A stretch of 64,000 nucleotides of DNA from Acaryochloridaceae cyanobacterium VAR_48_metabat_390 (GCA_031422435.1 JANPLU010000033.1:12686-76685), one strand, 5' to 3'. Counted from the stretch's first letter, positions 1 to 9,615 are shown. The notes: generated by a model not told the origin, from the sequence alone. A program made the numbers and translations.

Positions 1-572
1 ACCCGATTCACCGCGCCCATGAGTATATTCAAAAATGTGCCCTAGAGATTGTGGATGGGCTGTTTTTGCACCCATTGGTGGGCGCAACCAAAAGCGACGA
101 CATCCCCGCTGACGTGCGGATGCGCTGCTATGAGGTGCTGCTGGAAAGATATTTCCCCCATGATCGCGTCACCCTTGCCATTAACCCTGCCGCGATGCGC
201 TACGCAGGGCCGCGTGAGGCGATTTTCCATGCCTTGGTGCGCAAAAACTATGGCTGCACTCACTTTATTGTGGGGCGAGATCATGCTGGGGTGGGCGACT
301 ATTACGGCACCTATGACGCGCAGTACATTTTTGATGAGCTTGACCCTATCGCCTTGGGCATCACCCCCATGATGTTTGAACACGCATTTTACTGCAAAAA
401 ATCTTTGGGAATGGCGACGGCTAAAACCAGCTCTAGCCTGCCGGAAGAACGCATCCATCTGTCTGGCACAAAGGTACGGGAAATGTTGAGACGCGGTGAG
501 CTACCGCCCCCTGAGTTCTCTCGTCCTGAAGTAGCCTCTATTTTGATTGATGCGATGAAGGGTGACGCGTAG
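1..572 (+). CDS. sat: sulfate adenylyltransferase, 3' part (gene starts before the window)
   Basis: Frame open from base 3: PIHRAHEY (HxxH), [29 protein letters not shown]. Confidence 0.95.
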   Translation, partial: PIHRAHEYIQKCALEIVDGLFLHPLVGATKSDDIPADVRMRCYEVLLERYFPHDRVTLAINPAAMRYAGPREAIFHALVRKNYGCTHFIVGRDHAGVGDYYGTYDAQYIFDELDPIALGITPMMFEHAFYCKKSLGMATAKTSSSLPEERIHLSGTKVREMLRRGELPPPEFSRPEVASILIDAMKGDA

Positions 573-601
573 TCGTTAAATCTCCCGGTCAATAACAACT
601 T

Positions 602-637
602 AAAAGCCCTGCTTAAACTACTGTAAGCAGGGCTTTT
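602..637. terminator. bidirectional rho-independent terminator
   Basis: AAAAGCCCTGCTTA-N8-TAAGCAGGGCTTTT between the convergent sat and dps genes. Confidence 0.85.
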
Positions 638-700
638 GAATTTCTAAAGGGAGATTAATCCGTTGACTGGAGAGCAGCAATACGAGAGACGAGAGCTGAG

Positions 701-1177
701 CTATTCCAATAGGCTCCGAAGCATCCAAGCATTTTTTTCGTGGAGCTGCATTCTCTGGGTTAAAAGGTCAGCCGTTGGCTCATCGTGAGCTTCATCCACC
801 ATCGGAAAAATCGAGCGCGCGGTACGCACCACTGCCTCCTGGCCTTCAACTAAGAGCTTAATCATTTCTTCCGCCTTGGGTACACCCGCCGTTTCCTTGA
901 TTGAGCTGAGTTTGGCGTATTCACTATAGGTGGCAGGAGCAGGGAACCCTAAAGACCGGATTCGCTCAGCGACCAAATCAACCGCCAATGCTAGTTCGGT
1001 GTACTGCGTCTCAAACATCAAATGAAGCGTACTAAACATTGGTCCTGTGACGTTCCAATGGAAATTGTGTGTTTGGAGATAAAGCGTGTAGGTATCGGCC
1101 AGCAGACGCGATAAACCTGCCGCAATCTCTTTGCGGGTTGCTTCGTCAATGCCTAGATTGATGCTCGGGGCTGCCAT
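701..1177 (-). CDS. dps: Dps family DNA-protection/ferritin-like protein
   Basis: [13 protein letters not shown]3-[20 protein letters not shown]. Confidence 0.95.
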   Translation of the reverse strand: MAAPSINLGIDEATRKEIAAGLSRLLADTYTLYLQTHNFHWNVTGPMFSTLHLMFETQYTELALAVDLVAERIRSLGFPAPATYSEYAKLSSIKETAGVPKAEEMIKLLVEGQEAVVRTARSIFPMVDEAHDEPTADLLTQRMQLHEKNAWMLRSLLE

Positions 1178-1430
1178 TTCATTCTCCAGTGTAGCTAGAT
1201 CAAGGGTTTTAAGTGATGTTACGAAGTCACTTTGCTGAGAGATTAAGTCGTCGTACTGACCAGTCGCTCCGCCAATAAATCAGCCAGAAACTGATATTCA
1301 TCAATTTTAGAGCCGTAGGATTACGATCTCTTAACCCTAAGCCGTTACACTCGCCATTGTAAATGAAGCTGCGCTTTGCTGTGCTGAGCGTGCAGATTGA
1401 GACACGCCTACTCTAGAGAAGGTTTTTGCG

Positions 1431-3620
1431 ATGAACCGTCGGGATTTTCTGGTCTTTTTTGGTGCAGCGCTGGGCGGGGCGGCCCTGTCCGAGCGGTCTT
1501 TTCTGAATGAATCAATAGCTAAAGCTGCGCGCGCTCAGTTAGCCATCCCCTTTACGCCCGTTTTAGGGCCAATGCCGCTCGTTACCAGCGGCATTGCGCC
1601 ACTTCAGCAGGTGGAGCGCTACCAGCAGTTTACGGTGGTGGATGATTTGGTGTTGCCCAAAGGGTATCGCTATCAGGTCATTGCCGCTTGGGGCGATCGC
1701 CTAGGCAATTCTCGGTTTGGCTACAACAACGACTATCTATCCTTCATCGAAACGGCACCCAACGAAGGGTACTTAGTCGTCAACTTTGAATACATTAGCG
1801 CCATTCCTTGGATCCAGAGCTACGAAGCGGTCATTGGTCAGGCGCTGCCGTTTAAGGCCGTAGAAGTTGCCATTAAAGCCGCTGGAGACAAGGGTATTGA
1901 TGCCTTCAGCCTGACCGATGCAGACCCGCTCAAGGCGCAGATCCGCCAAATTGCTAAAGAGGCGCTCATCGACCAGGGGATTGGGGTGCTGTCCATTCGT
2001 AAAACCGCTGTGGGACAGTGGGAGCGCACCTACTCTAAAGCCGATCGCCGCATTACCGGAATTTCTGGACTCGAAGACCGTCGCTATTTGGCCTGCACAG
2101 GCCCTGCAAAAGAGGTCTTCCGTAGGGCACAGGGGCAGGGGTATGTGGATGGGCTGGGCGATCGCATTATCGGCACTATGGGGAACTGCGCGGGGGGCAC
2201 GACCCCTTGGGGCACAGTACTCAGTGCCGAAGAAAATTTCCAGAATCAGGTGGTAGAGGCGGTCTATGCCGATGGAACCGCGTTTGCGCCCAGCAATCGG
2301 CGGTTTGTGGTCGATGCTGAAGAAATCTCTGGGCAGGGGAATGTGTTGGGACTTTCGGGCAACAAGTACGGCTGGATTGTAGAGGTAGACCCCGCTAACC
2401 CCCAAGACTACGGCACCAAGCATACGTGGCTAGGCCGCTATCGCCATGAGGCCGTTGGGGTACGGGCTGAAGCGGGTAAGCCCTTGGCGTTTTACTCCGG
2501 CTGCGATCGCCGAGGTGGGCACCTCTACAAATTTGTCAGCCGCGATTGGGTCATCAACCCCCAAGACAAACGCAATTCTCGCCTCCTTGAAGCAGGGATG
2601 CTTTACGCCGCGAAGTTTAACCCCGACGGCACAGGTCAGTGGATTGCGCTCAAGCCCGATACGCCCATTAACCCAACCCTGCCCAGCCAACTATTAGGCA
2701 ATCTGCTGCCGCTGCCCAAACGTCCAGAGGGCGGTTATTTAGCCGCTAAAACTGATAAAGAAGTGCTGGCATTCAAACAGCAGTTCAAAACCCTGGCGGA
2801 TCTGTACACAGGTAGCAGCTCTGTAGAGCAGCAGGGCGCAATTTTAATTGATGCCCACTACGCAGGGAATGCAGTTGGCGCAACGGCAACCGCCCGCCCT
2901 GAAGATACCGATGTTGCGCCAGACGGCTCGTTGTACATCGCTTTCACCTCGGGTACGCCGGGTAGCGACGGCAGCATAGACCCTCAAATTTTCAAAGGGC
3001 CTAAGGGCGAAACGCCCTACGAGTACGGCTTTATTATGCATTTAGTCGAAGACAAGGCAGACCCTGCCGCGCTGACCTTTCGCTGGTCAATGCTGGCAAC
3101 AGGCGGGGAACCAGCCGAAGGCGGACTTGGCTTTGCCAACCCAGACAATCTGCTGTTTGACCAGAGTGGCAACATTTGGATGGTGACGGATATGTCTAGC
3201 GATAAGCTCAATAAAGCCATTCCAAACCGTCTTGAGGCAGATAAGCCCGTGAGTCAGTCAAATCTGCGGGGGCTGTACGGCAACAACGCTATTTGGGTTA
3301 TCTCGATGCGGGGGGCAGACGCAGGGAAGGCGCACTTGTTTGGGATGGGGCCAATGGAGTGTGAAACGACAGGTCCCTTTTTGAGCGCCGACCAAAAAGC
3401 CTTATTTCTCGCCATTCAGCATCCGGGTGAGGTCAATGGTATTCGTCAGAATCAGGCATCTCAAAGCCGACCGTTTGCAATGAAAACCACGGATGGCAAA
3501 GATTTTGTCCAAACCCGACAGGTTCCGGTGGGTTCTAACTGGCCGAACCCAGGTACTGCCCAACCACCCCGTCCTGCAGTGGTTGTGGTGAGCCGCGTGG
3601 ATGGACAGGCGATCGCCTAG
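1431..3620 (+). CDS. phoX: PhoX-family alkaline phosphatase (DUF839), Tat-exported
   Basis: NRRDFL Tat motif; FGYNNDY, NCAGGTTPWGT-x-LSAEEN, GRYRHEA, RPED, NPDNL, IQHPGE. Confidence 0.92.
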   Translation: MNRRDFLVFFGAALGGAALSERSFLNESIAKAARAQLAIPFTPVLGPMPLVTSGIAPLQQVERYQQFTVVDDLVLPKGYRYQVIAAWGDRLGNSRFGYNNDYLSFIETAPNEGYLVVNFEYISAIPWIQSYEAVIGQALPFKAVEVAIKAAGDKGIDAFSLTDADPLKAQIRQIAKEALIDQGIGVLSIRKTAVGQWERTYSKADRRITGISGLEDRRYLACTGPAKEVFRRAQGQGYVDGLGDRIIGTMGNCAGGTTPWGTVLSAEENFQNQVVEAVYADGTAFAPSNRRFVVDAEEISGQGNVLGLSGNKYGWIVEVDPANPQDYGTKHTWLGRYRHEAVGVRAEAGKPLAFYSGCDRRGGHLYKFVSRDWVINPQDKRNSRLLEAGMLYAAKFNPDGTGQWIALKPDTPINPTLPSQLLGNLLPLPKRPEGGYLAAKTDKEVLAFKQQFKTLADLYTGSSSVEQQGAILIDAHYAGNAVGATATARPEDTDVAPDGSLYIAFTSGTPGSDGSIDPQIFKGPKGETPYEYGFIMHLVEDKADPAALTFRWSMLATGGEPAEGGLGFANPDNLLFDQSGNIWMVTDMSSDKLNKAIPNRLEADKPVSQSNLRGLYGNNAIWVISMRGADAGKAHLFGMGPMECETTGPFLSADQKALFLAIQHPGEVNGIRQNQASQSRPFAMKTTDGKDFVQTRQVPVGSNWPNPGTAQPPRPAVVVVSRVDGQAIA

Positions 3621-4066
3621 TCAGGCAAAATAGAGCGCTGACACTTTGGGCAGATCGCGTGAATTAAAAGCTGGCAGTCGAGCAGGTGAAATCCCTCTTT
3701 CTCTGCCGTTTTAGAACCCACCTTGAGAATCGATTCGCTCTTAAATTCAATCGTCCGGTTGCACTTCACACAAATGAGGTGATGATGGTGATTAGGGTAT
3801 GGCTGATTAATTTCATAGTGCTTATGGTCTTCCGCAAACTCAAGTTCGCGCAAGATTCCCATCCGCGCCATCAGCTTCACTGTACGGTAAATCGTAGACA
3901 GGCTAATCGGATCACCTTGCTCCTGGAGTTTGTTATAGAGATCCTCCGCGCTAAGGTGAGTTCCTTCCGTAAGATTTTGAAACACGTTAAGGATGATTTC
4001 TCTCTGCGGAGTGAGCCGCCATCCTTTTTCATTAAGTTCGGACTTCAGCGAGTTTGCCGTATACAT
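3617..4066 (-). CDS. fur: ferric uptake regulator, FurA type
   Basis: RLTPQR, HLSAED, STIYRT, HHHHLICVKC, CPKC; likely start at MYTANSLK (4066). Confidence 0.93.
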   Translation of the reverse strand: MYTANSLKSELNEKGWRLTPQREIILNVFQNLTEGTHLSAEDLYNKLQEQGDPISLSTIYRTVKLMARMGILRELEFAEDHKHYEINQPYPNHHHHLICVKCNRTIEFKSESILKVGSKTAEKEGFHLLDCQLLIHAICPKCQRSILPD

Positions 4067-4138
4067 CGCCCTGCTTCGCAATAAAGTTTGCTTATTGACA
4101 AGAGTACACTAATTCGTTGGACGTTTGCAACAAGACAC

Positions 4139-4154
4139 TCTTATTGAGAATCAA
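4139..4154 (-). promoter_or_regulatory. putative FurA box (autoregulation)
   Basis: Minus strand reads TGATTCTCAATAAG, matching the ATTCTCAATAA core of the cyanobacterial FurA consensus, ~75 bp upstream of fur. Confidence 0.5.
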
Positions 4155-4183
4155 AGGCTTTAGTGAACTCAAACGTTTGAATA

Positions 4184-4687
4184 TCATGTTGCAGCGTTGC
4201 CAGCAATAAGGCTTTGTCTCATTTCATCCCAATGCTTAACAAAGCCGAAGACACTTAGGGTAGCTATTCTGCCCCAATCTGTGTGGCTTAACTCAATGTT
4301 TAGATAATTTTCCGGCAGTACGGTCAATCGTTGAGACCATTCAACAGCAGTAATACCAAGAGGTGCTTCTAGCCCTAGCCAGTAGTGTTCTGGGTGTAGA
4401 TCGTGGGCTTCGGTGGGGCTAAGGCGATATAAGTCAAAGTGATATAGCGGAATACGGCCTTCAGGATATTCATGAAGCAGAGCAAAAGTCGGGCTAACAA
4501 TGGCATCTGTGATGCCGAGTCCGGCTCCTAATCCTTGAATGAGCGTAGTTTTGCCTGCGCCCAAGTCTCCTTTCAAAAATAGGATGGTTCCAGCGGCAAC
4601 CCAATGGCCTAACTGCTTGCCCAAGTTTAGCGTTTGTTCTAGGGTCAGAAGGCTTAAAGTCAAAAATGTGTCTGTATCATTTGCCAT
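4184..4687 (-). CDS. tsaE: tRNA threonylcarbamoyladenosine biosynthesis ATPase TsaE
   Basis: GDLGAGKTT, VSPTF, HFDLYRL, VEW. Confidence 0.93.
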   Translation of the reverse strand: MANDTDTFLTLSLLTLEQTLNLGKQLGHWVAAGTILFLKGDLGAGKTTLIQGLGAGLGITDAIVSPTFALLHEYPEGRIPLYHFDLYRLSPTEAHDLHPEHYWLGLEAPLGITAVEWSQRLTVLPENYLNIELSHTDWGRIATLSVFGFVKHWDEMRQSLIAGNAAT

Positions 4688-4837
4688 TGTGGTCTTTTAG
4701 GGATTTCTATCATAGTGTGATGGATAAACTGGCTTAATAAAACCTAAGGTGAACTGCAATCTCAAAAATGCTGCCGATAGCCTTAGAAAGAAAAAGTTTC
4801 CCGCATCTTGTTGTGTTAACTTTTTGGTTAACAAATT

Positions 4838-5734
4838 ATGAAGATTGCAATTTTATCTCAAGACGTTTCGCTTTATTCAACCCGCCGACTTTTAGAGGCA
4901 GGGTTAAAACGTGGGCATGAGGTGCAGGTGATTGATTTTCTGCGCTGTGCTGTTACGCTTCAGACCCAAAGCCCTCAACTGTGGCACAAGGGTCAGCGCT
5001 GTCCACGATTTGATGCCGCTATTCCGCGTATTGGCCCTGGTAAGGCGATCTACGGCACGGCTGTGGTGCGGCAGCTAGAGGTAATGGGGGTTCCCGTGCT
5101 GAATTCAGCCAATGCGATCGCCTGTGCCAGAGATAAGCTGCACTGCTATCAGCAGCTTGCCAGCAAGGGTCTACCTATGCCAGCGACGGGCTTTACCTAT
5201 GCCTGTAAAGACATTGAGACGGTGTTGTCTCGCATGAATTCAAAGGCGGTCGTCATCAAGCTTTTAAAGGGCAGTCACGGCATTGGAGTGGTGCTGGCAG
5301 AAACCCTACAAACCGCCCGCGCCCTGTTTGAAGCGTTTCGCGGGGTGGATGCTGACGTGCTGGTGCAGGAATGCATTGATGAAGCCCGTGGGGTAGATCT
5401 GCGCTGTTTTGTAATTGGCAACCAGGTGGCAGCGGCGATTCAGCGCAAAGGGCCACCTGGAGAATTTAGAGCCAACCTGCATCGGGGTGCGACGGCGCAC
5501 CCTGTTGAACTGACTGAGCAAGAAAAGGCGATCGCCATTGCAGCAGCCCAGGCCATTGGTTTACAAATTGCAGGGGTCGATTTGCTGAGAACACAGCAGG
5601 GACCCTTAGCCATTGAAGTCAATGCTTCCCCCGGTTTAGAAGGCATTGAAAAGGCGACTCAAATTGACCTTGCGGCTCAGGTGATGATGTTTTTAGAGCA
5701 GTGGTTAACTGCTGCGAAAGGATTGCAGTCTTAA
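4838..5734 (+). CDS. rimK: RimK-family alpha-L-glutamate ligase (ATP-grasp)
   Basis: LYSTRRL, IPRIG, RDKL, GSHGIGV, FRANLHRG, EVNASPGLEGIE. Confidence 0.88.
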   Translation: MKIAILSQDVSLYSTRRLLEAGLKRGHEVQVIDFLRCAVTLQTQSPQLWHKGQRCPRFDAAIPRIGPGKAIYGTAVVRQLEVMGVPVLNSANAIACARDKLHCYQQLASKGLPMPATGFTYACKDIETVLSRMNSKAVVIKLLKGSHGIGVVLAETLQTARALFEAFRGVDADVLVQECIDEARGVDLRCFVIGNQVAAAIQRKGPPGEFRANLHRGATAHPVELTEQEKAIAIAAAQAIGLQIAGVDLLRTQQGPLAIEVNASPGLEGIEKATQIDLAAQVMMFLEQWLTAAKGLQS

Positions 5735-5746
5735 CGTCACTGGGGT

Positions 5747-6418
5747 TTAAGCGGGTGCTTCGCCTAGGCGCTGAAGCGAAATCACCGCTGAAGCTGAGAC
5801 TTGAGGATGTTCGTCTTTGCTCAGGTATTTGAGTGCCGGAACGGTTTTAGGCGAAGGTAGATTTCCCAATGCTTCGGCAAGACGCTGACGCACTAGCCAG
5901 TCTTCAGATTGGGTGAAGCGCAGGATATCTGTGACGGCATCAATGGCCTTAATTTCGCCAAGGGCGGCGATCGCAGCCTGCTGAATCACTACAGCCTCGC
6001 TGTCTAACGCTCTCACTAGGGTTTCACGGGCGCGAGGGTCTTTGAGGTTGCCTAAAGAAACTGCAGCGCTAAACTGCACCAGCCAATTGGTGTCTTCCAT
6101 GAAGGCTCGTACCAACGGCTCAAAGGCACGCTGATCTGCCAAGTAGCCTAAGGCTCCTGCGGCGGCGGCTCGAATGCTGTAGTCGGTGTCGTCGAGCAGC
6201 TTGAGCAAAATGTCGTAACACTCTGGGGTTTGCTTAATGCCGAGGGCAAACACCGCCATTGAACGAATATCTAGGCTAGGGTCGTTTAATACTTTCTTGA
6301 TCAGGGGCACCGCGTCGATGGGGGCTACATCTCGCAGCGCGACCAAGGCTAAACGGCGATCACGGGTACTGTCGCTGTCGAGCTGCTGCGAAATTTCTTG
6401 GAGCGTTGGATTCGCCAT
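5747..6418 (-). CDS. nblB: HEAT-repeat phycobiliprotein degradation protein NblB
   Basis: PBS-lyase HEAT repeats (RSMAVFALG, RAAAAGALGYL, WLVRQRLAEALG), 223 aa. Confidence 0.8.
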   Translation of the reverse strand: MANPTLQEISQQLDSDSTRDRRLALVALRDVAPIDAVPLIKKVLNDPSLDIRSMAVFALGIKQTPECYDILLKLLDDTDYSIRAAAAGALGYLADQRAFEPLVRAFMEDTNWLVQFSAAVSLGNLKDPRARETLVRALDSEAVVIQQAAIAALGEIKAIDAVTDILRFTQSEDWLVRQRLAEALGNLPSPKTVPALKYLSKDEHPQVSASAVISLQRLGEAPA

Positions 6419-6422
6419 TTTT

Positions 6423-6440
6423 GTTACAAAAATTTACTAT
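6423..6440. promoter_or_regulatory. HLR1-like (RpaB) direct repeat
   Basis: GTTACAAA-AA-TTTACTAT, one mismatch to (G/T)TTACAWW-N2-(G/T)TTACAWW, immediately upstream of nblB. Confidence 0.5.
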
Positions 6441-6464
6441 TTTTCTCAGTATAGTTCATGATTC

Positions 6465-7649
6465 TTAACGACGGCGCAAAAGCTTGCTCACCATCTTGCG
6501 TGAGAACCGGAAATGAATGTCGGATTTTTCCGCCCATTCTTGAAGCAGCCGATAGAAAAGCTGACGGTCTTCGGCTTGCAGTACCGCAACCTGGTCAGCG
6601 GTTTCGATGACGTAGGGGTAGCCATTACCGATAATAATTTCACCGCGCACATAGTCTAAAGCAGTGTTGATTAAGCTCGCCTCATGCATCCAGCGGGGAA
6701 ACTCTAGGCGAACGGGTGGATTGTCGTTGGCTTTGAGGTAGGTAAAGGTAACGCGGGTGGCCTGCTCTTCGTACTCTGCCAAAATGCCCTGTCCCCACGC
6801 ATCTCCAGGGCGATCGCACAAAAACAATGGCGTGCGATCGCCCCACTGCATTCCTGACGTTAAAAGCTGCGCGTCATTGAGGGTTGTGGTTTCGGGAAGG
6901 CTCTCTAGACACCGTAGGGTTTGGATGAGGTCACAGGCATGGGAGGTGTCGATATAGCCCACCAGCGGCACACGATACCGTTCGCTGGCGCGCAGTAAAT
7001 GAACGTACTGCTGGGCATAAAAGGTGCGGCACTCAAAATCAAAGGCTTCGGCAAAGGTGGCAATGAGTGACCCGTCAAAAAAGACGAGGCAATCTTGGCA
7101 TCTCGCGTGGTCTTCAATAAACTCAATGGCGCGTGTTACCTCCATCTCAAACCGGCGCATACTCACCTGTCGATCAAGGGAGCGCCCGTTGCGCGGCACC
7201 TGAAGTTCGGCAGGGGTCATGATGCTAAGGCGCACGTTTTTGTCGTAGATCCCCTCATCAGAATGGGCGTTCTCAAACCAGCCCACCTGCACCAGGGCAA
7301 TGGGCGGCGCAACGTCTTTGGTGGGGAAAATCTGGGAGCCGTCCACCGCAAAGGTGATGATATTGGTGAGGCGATCGCGCACCCATTCCAAGCTTTCTTC
7401 ACGGTTAGGCCACTTCAGCTTAGAGGGCACAATCCAGTTGGGATATTTGCCCAATGTCTCTAGAGGACGCGCTCCAGGATGGGCGTGATCTGACAAGATG
7501 TCGGCAATGTATGGGTCAGACTGCGCCGAGACTTTCCGCAGGGCGCGGCGATAGGCTTGATAGGTGGCGGATGCATCATGATAAAACTGCGAAAATTCTG
7601 ACTGTTTTTGATCCAGAATCTGCAAAAGATCCGAAGGTTTTAAGGGCAT
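6465..7649 (-). CDS. NurA-domain nuclease
   Basis: FAVDGSQ, FFDGSL, RLEFP, GNGYPY-x4-ADQVA motifs of the NurA family. Confidence 0.8.
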   Translation of the reverse strand: MPLKPSDLLQILDQKQSEFSQFYHDASATYQAYRRALRKVSAQSDPYIADILSDHAHPGARPLETLGKYPNWIVPSKLKWPNREESLEWVRDRLTNIITFAVDGSQIFPTKDVAPPIALVQVGWFENAHSDEGIYDKNVRLSIMTPAELQVPRNGRSLDRQVSMRRFEMEVTRAIEFIEDHARCQDCLVFFDGSLIATFAEAFDFECRTFYAQQYVHLLRASERYRVPLVGYIDTSHACDLIQTLRCLESLPETTTLNDAQLLTSGMQWGDRTPLFLCDRPGDAWGQGILAEYEEQATRVTFTYLKANDNPPVRLEFPRWMHEASLINTALDYVRGEIIIGNGYPYVIETADQVAVLQAEDRQLFYRLLQEWAEKSDIHFRFSRKMVSKLLRRR

Positions 7650-7689
7650 TGCACAATACTGTTGTGAAGGGCTAGCCCAAATTGCTTAA

Positions 7690-7857
7690 GGTTATGAATT
7701 AAATAATCTACAGAATTGCTGAGAAGCCATGCATTTTGAATGCCCTCATCCCCTAGCCCCTTCTCCCTAGGGAGAAGGGGAATTAGATGTTGCTCCCTCT
7801 CCCTAGGGAGAGGGTTGGGGTGAGGGGAATGAGTGTCGGCTATCAAACCCATGATCC
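7690..7857. mobile_element. MITE copy 1 (degenerate TIRs, internal GC-rich double hairpin)
   Basis: 168 bp; ends GGTTATGAATTAAATAA / CCCATGATCC; core nearly identical to 31597..31762. Confidence 0.75.
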
Positions 7858-7880
7858 TTCGCAAATGTAGACTACACCCC

Positions 7881-9386
7881 TTAAAGTAGCGTGTCTTCAG
7901 CGGTTTTAGACTCAATAAACGCTTCTGCCTTTGCAAAAATCTTCTGCCGCCGTTCAGCATCCATCTTGTCCAGGGTCTTCACCATCATCGATAGGCGTGG
8001 ATTGCGCTTCAGCATATCCTTTTTACGGTCTACAAAGCGCCAGTACAGTCCATCCCAGACCTCACACCAGTCACCCTTCGCATAATCACCCATTTTATTG
8101 AGATAGTTAGAACCCGACATGTAGGGCTTCGTCATCATCTGACCGCCATCGGCAAACTGTCCCATACCATAAACATTGGGCACCATCACCCAGTCAGCAC
8201 TGTCTACAAACAGCTCCATGAACCACCGAAAGACCGCATCAGGATGCACTTCTGCCAACAGCATGGCGTTACTCATCACCATCAGGCGCTCGATGTGGTG
8301 CGCCCAGCCGCGCTCCTGTACGCGCCGGATCACCTGATCGACGGGATCTAAGCCCGTGGTGCCGTTGTACCAATCTGCCGTGAGCTGCCGCTGGTGATTC
8401 AAAACGTTTTGCTGGCGCTGAGTGGGGGCGATCGCATGGTAAACGCCCCGAATATACTCTCGCCATCCAATAATTTGCCGAATAAACCCTTCCAGGGAGT
8501 TGAGGGGAATCTCATGATTTGAGGCGTAGTCCAGCGCCGCCATAACCACCTCCTGAGGGGTCAGAATACCCAAATTGAGCATAGGCGAAATGACAGAATG
8601 AAAAACGAATGGCTCTTTGGTGGAAAGTGCGTCTTCGTACAGCCCAAAGTGAACAAAGCGCTCGGTCAGAAACTGATGGAGCCAAGCTAGAGCATCTTTG
8701 TGGGTAACGGGCAGCCAAAAGTTTGCGCTCTGACCCGGATGGTCTGGAAATTTAGCGTCTACTAGGGCACCAACCGCTTTAACATGTTGAGTCTGAGCAG
8801 GGTAAGTGATCTGCGGCACCTCAATTTTTTTAGGCAGGGGCTTACGATTTTGGTCGTCGTAGCTCCACTGTCCGCCCTCTGGTTCGCCTGCTTTATCCAT
8901 TAAGATATCGAGCCGCCGTCGCTGAATCTTGTAGAAGTCGCCCATAAAGAGGCGCTTATAGCGACTGCGGTAGTCCTGAAACTGGTCATGGGTGGTCAGA
9001 AACAGGGGGCTATCGTAGGTGATGAGTTTGAGGCTGTGTGTGGCGCAGAAAGACTGGAGGCGATCGCGCATTCCGTGGTCTTCAAGCGTATAGGTGTGCA
9101 GTTCCGATGCGCCGTATTTTTGGACGGTGTGCCAAAGGTTTTCTTCGTAAGTGGGCAATCTCTCCTCAGCCATCAGCTCACAATACTCCACTGTCATACC
9201 CTTCTCGCGCAGGGCATCTCGATGATGGCGCATGGCGGCAAGAATCAGAATAAGCTTATGTTTGTGAAACTTGAAATGTGTACATAGGCTCTCATCTTCT
9301 GCCATAAACACAGGCATTTGCCGGAGCGGTAGCCTTCCATGATCTGGAAACAGCATATTGCCGAATAAAATAATCACTTCACCCAC
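7881..9386 (-). CDS. prokaryotic (6-4) photolyase / CryB-PhrB clade, apparently without the Fe-S cluster
   Basis: HKHKLILI..AMRH, PEGGQWSYD..NRK, FGLYEDA, EGFIRQIIGWREY, AHHIERLM, WVMVPNVYGM, KPY. Confidence 0.88.
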   Translation of the reverse strand: MGEVIILFGNMLFPDHGRLPLRQMPVFMAEDESLCTHFKFHKHKLILILAAMRHHRDALREKGMTVEYCELMAEERLPTYEENLWHTVQKYGASELHTYTLEDHGMRDRLQSFCATHSLKLITYDSPLFLTTHDQFQDYRSRYKRLFMGDFYKIQRRRLDILMDKAGEPEGGQWSYDDQNRKPLPKKIEVPQITYPAQTQHVKAVGALVDAKFPDHPGQSANFWLPVTHKDALAWLHQFLTERFVHFGLYEDALSTKEPFVFHSVISPMLNLGILTPQEVVMAALDYASNHEIPLNSLEGFIRQIIGWREYIRGVYHAIAPTQRQQNVLNHQRQLTADWYNGTTGLDPVDQVIRRVQERGWAHHIERLMVMSNAMLLAEVHPDAVFRWFMELFVDSADWVMVPNVYGMGQFADGGQMMTKPYMSGSNYLNKMGDYAKGDWCEVWDGLYWRFVDRKKDMLKRNPRLSMMVKTLDKMDAERRQKIFAKAEAFIESKTAEDTLL

Positions 9387-9615
9387 TCAAAGATGTGATC
9401 AATCGTAAGCTCGATTGCCGAGGCAAAAACTGAAACAGGCAGCAGCGCAATGGCTTCAGGTAATCAACGCGCTTGTACTCTCACTATAGCTTTACAAAAA
9501 TAGAGACTGGCGTTGGAGACAGCATGTTGCTAGACCACATAGTCATGCATCATCGTGGCGTAATTTAAGTGTCTCTAAAAATTTCTCTGGGCTGATGAAC
9601 TACCCATCACCCTTG

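Noticed and set aside
1320..1350. Pho box upstream of phoX
   Set aside because: Only one good half-site (CTTAACCC at 1330); neighbouring units are not in 11-bp phase.
7640..7960. 106 aa ORF (PHPNPLPRERE...)
   Set aside because: Translation of the MITE palindrome; it overlaps two real genes.
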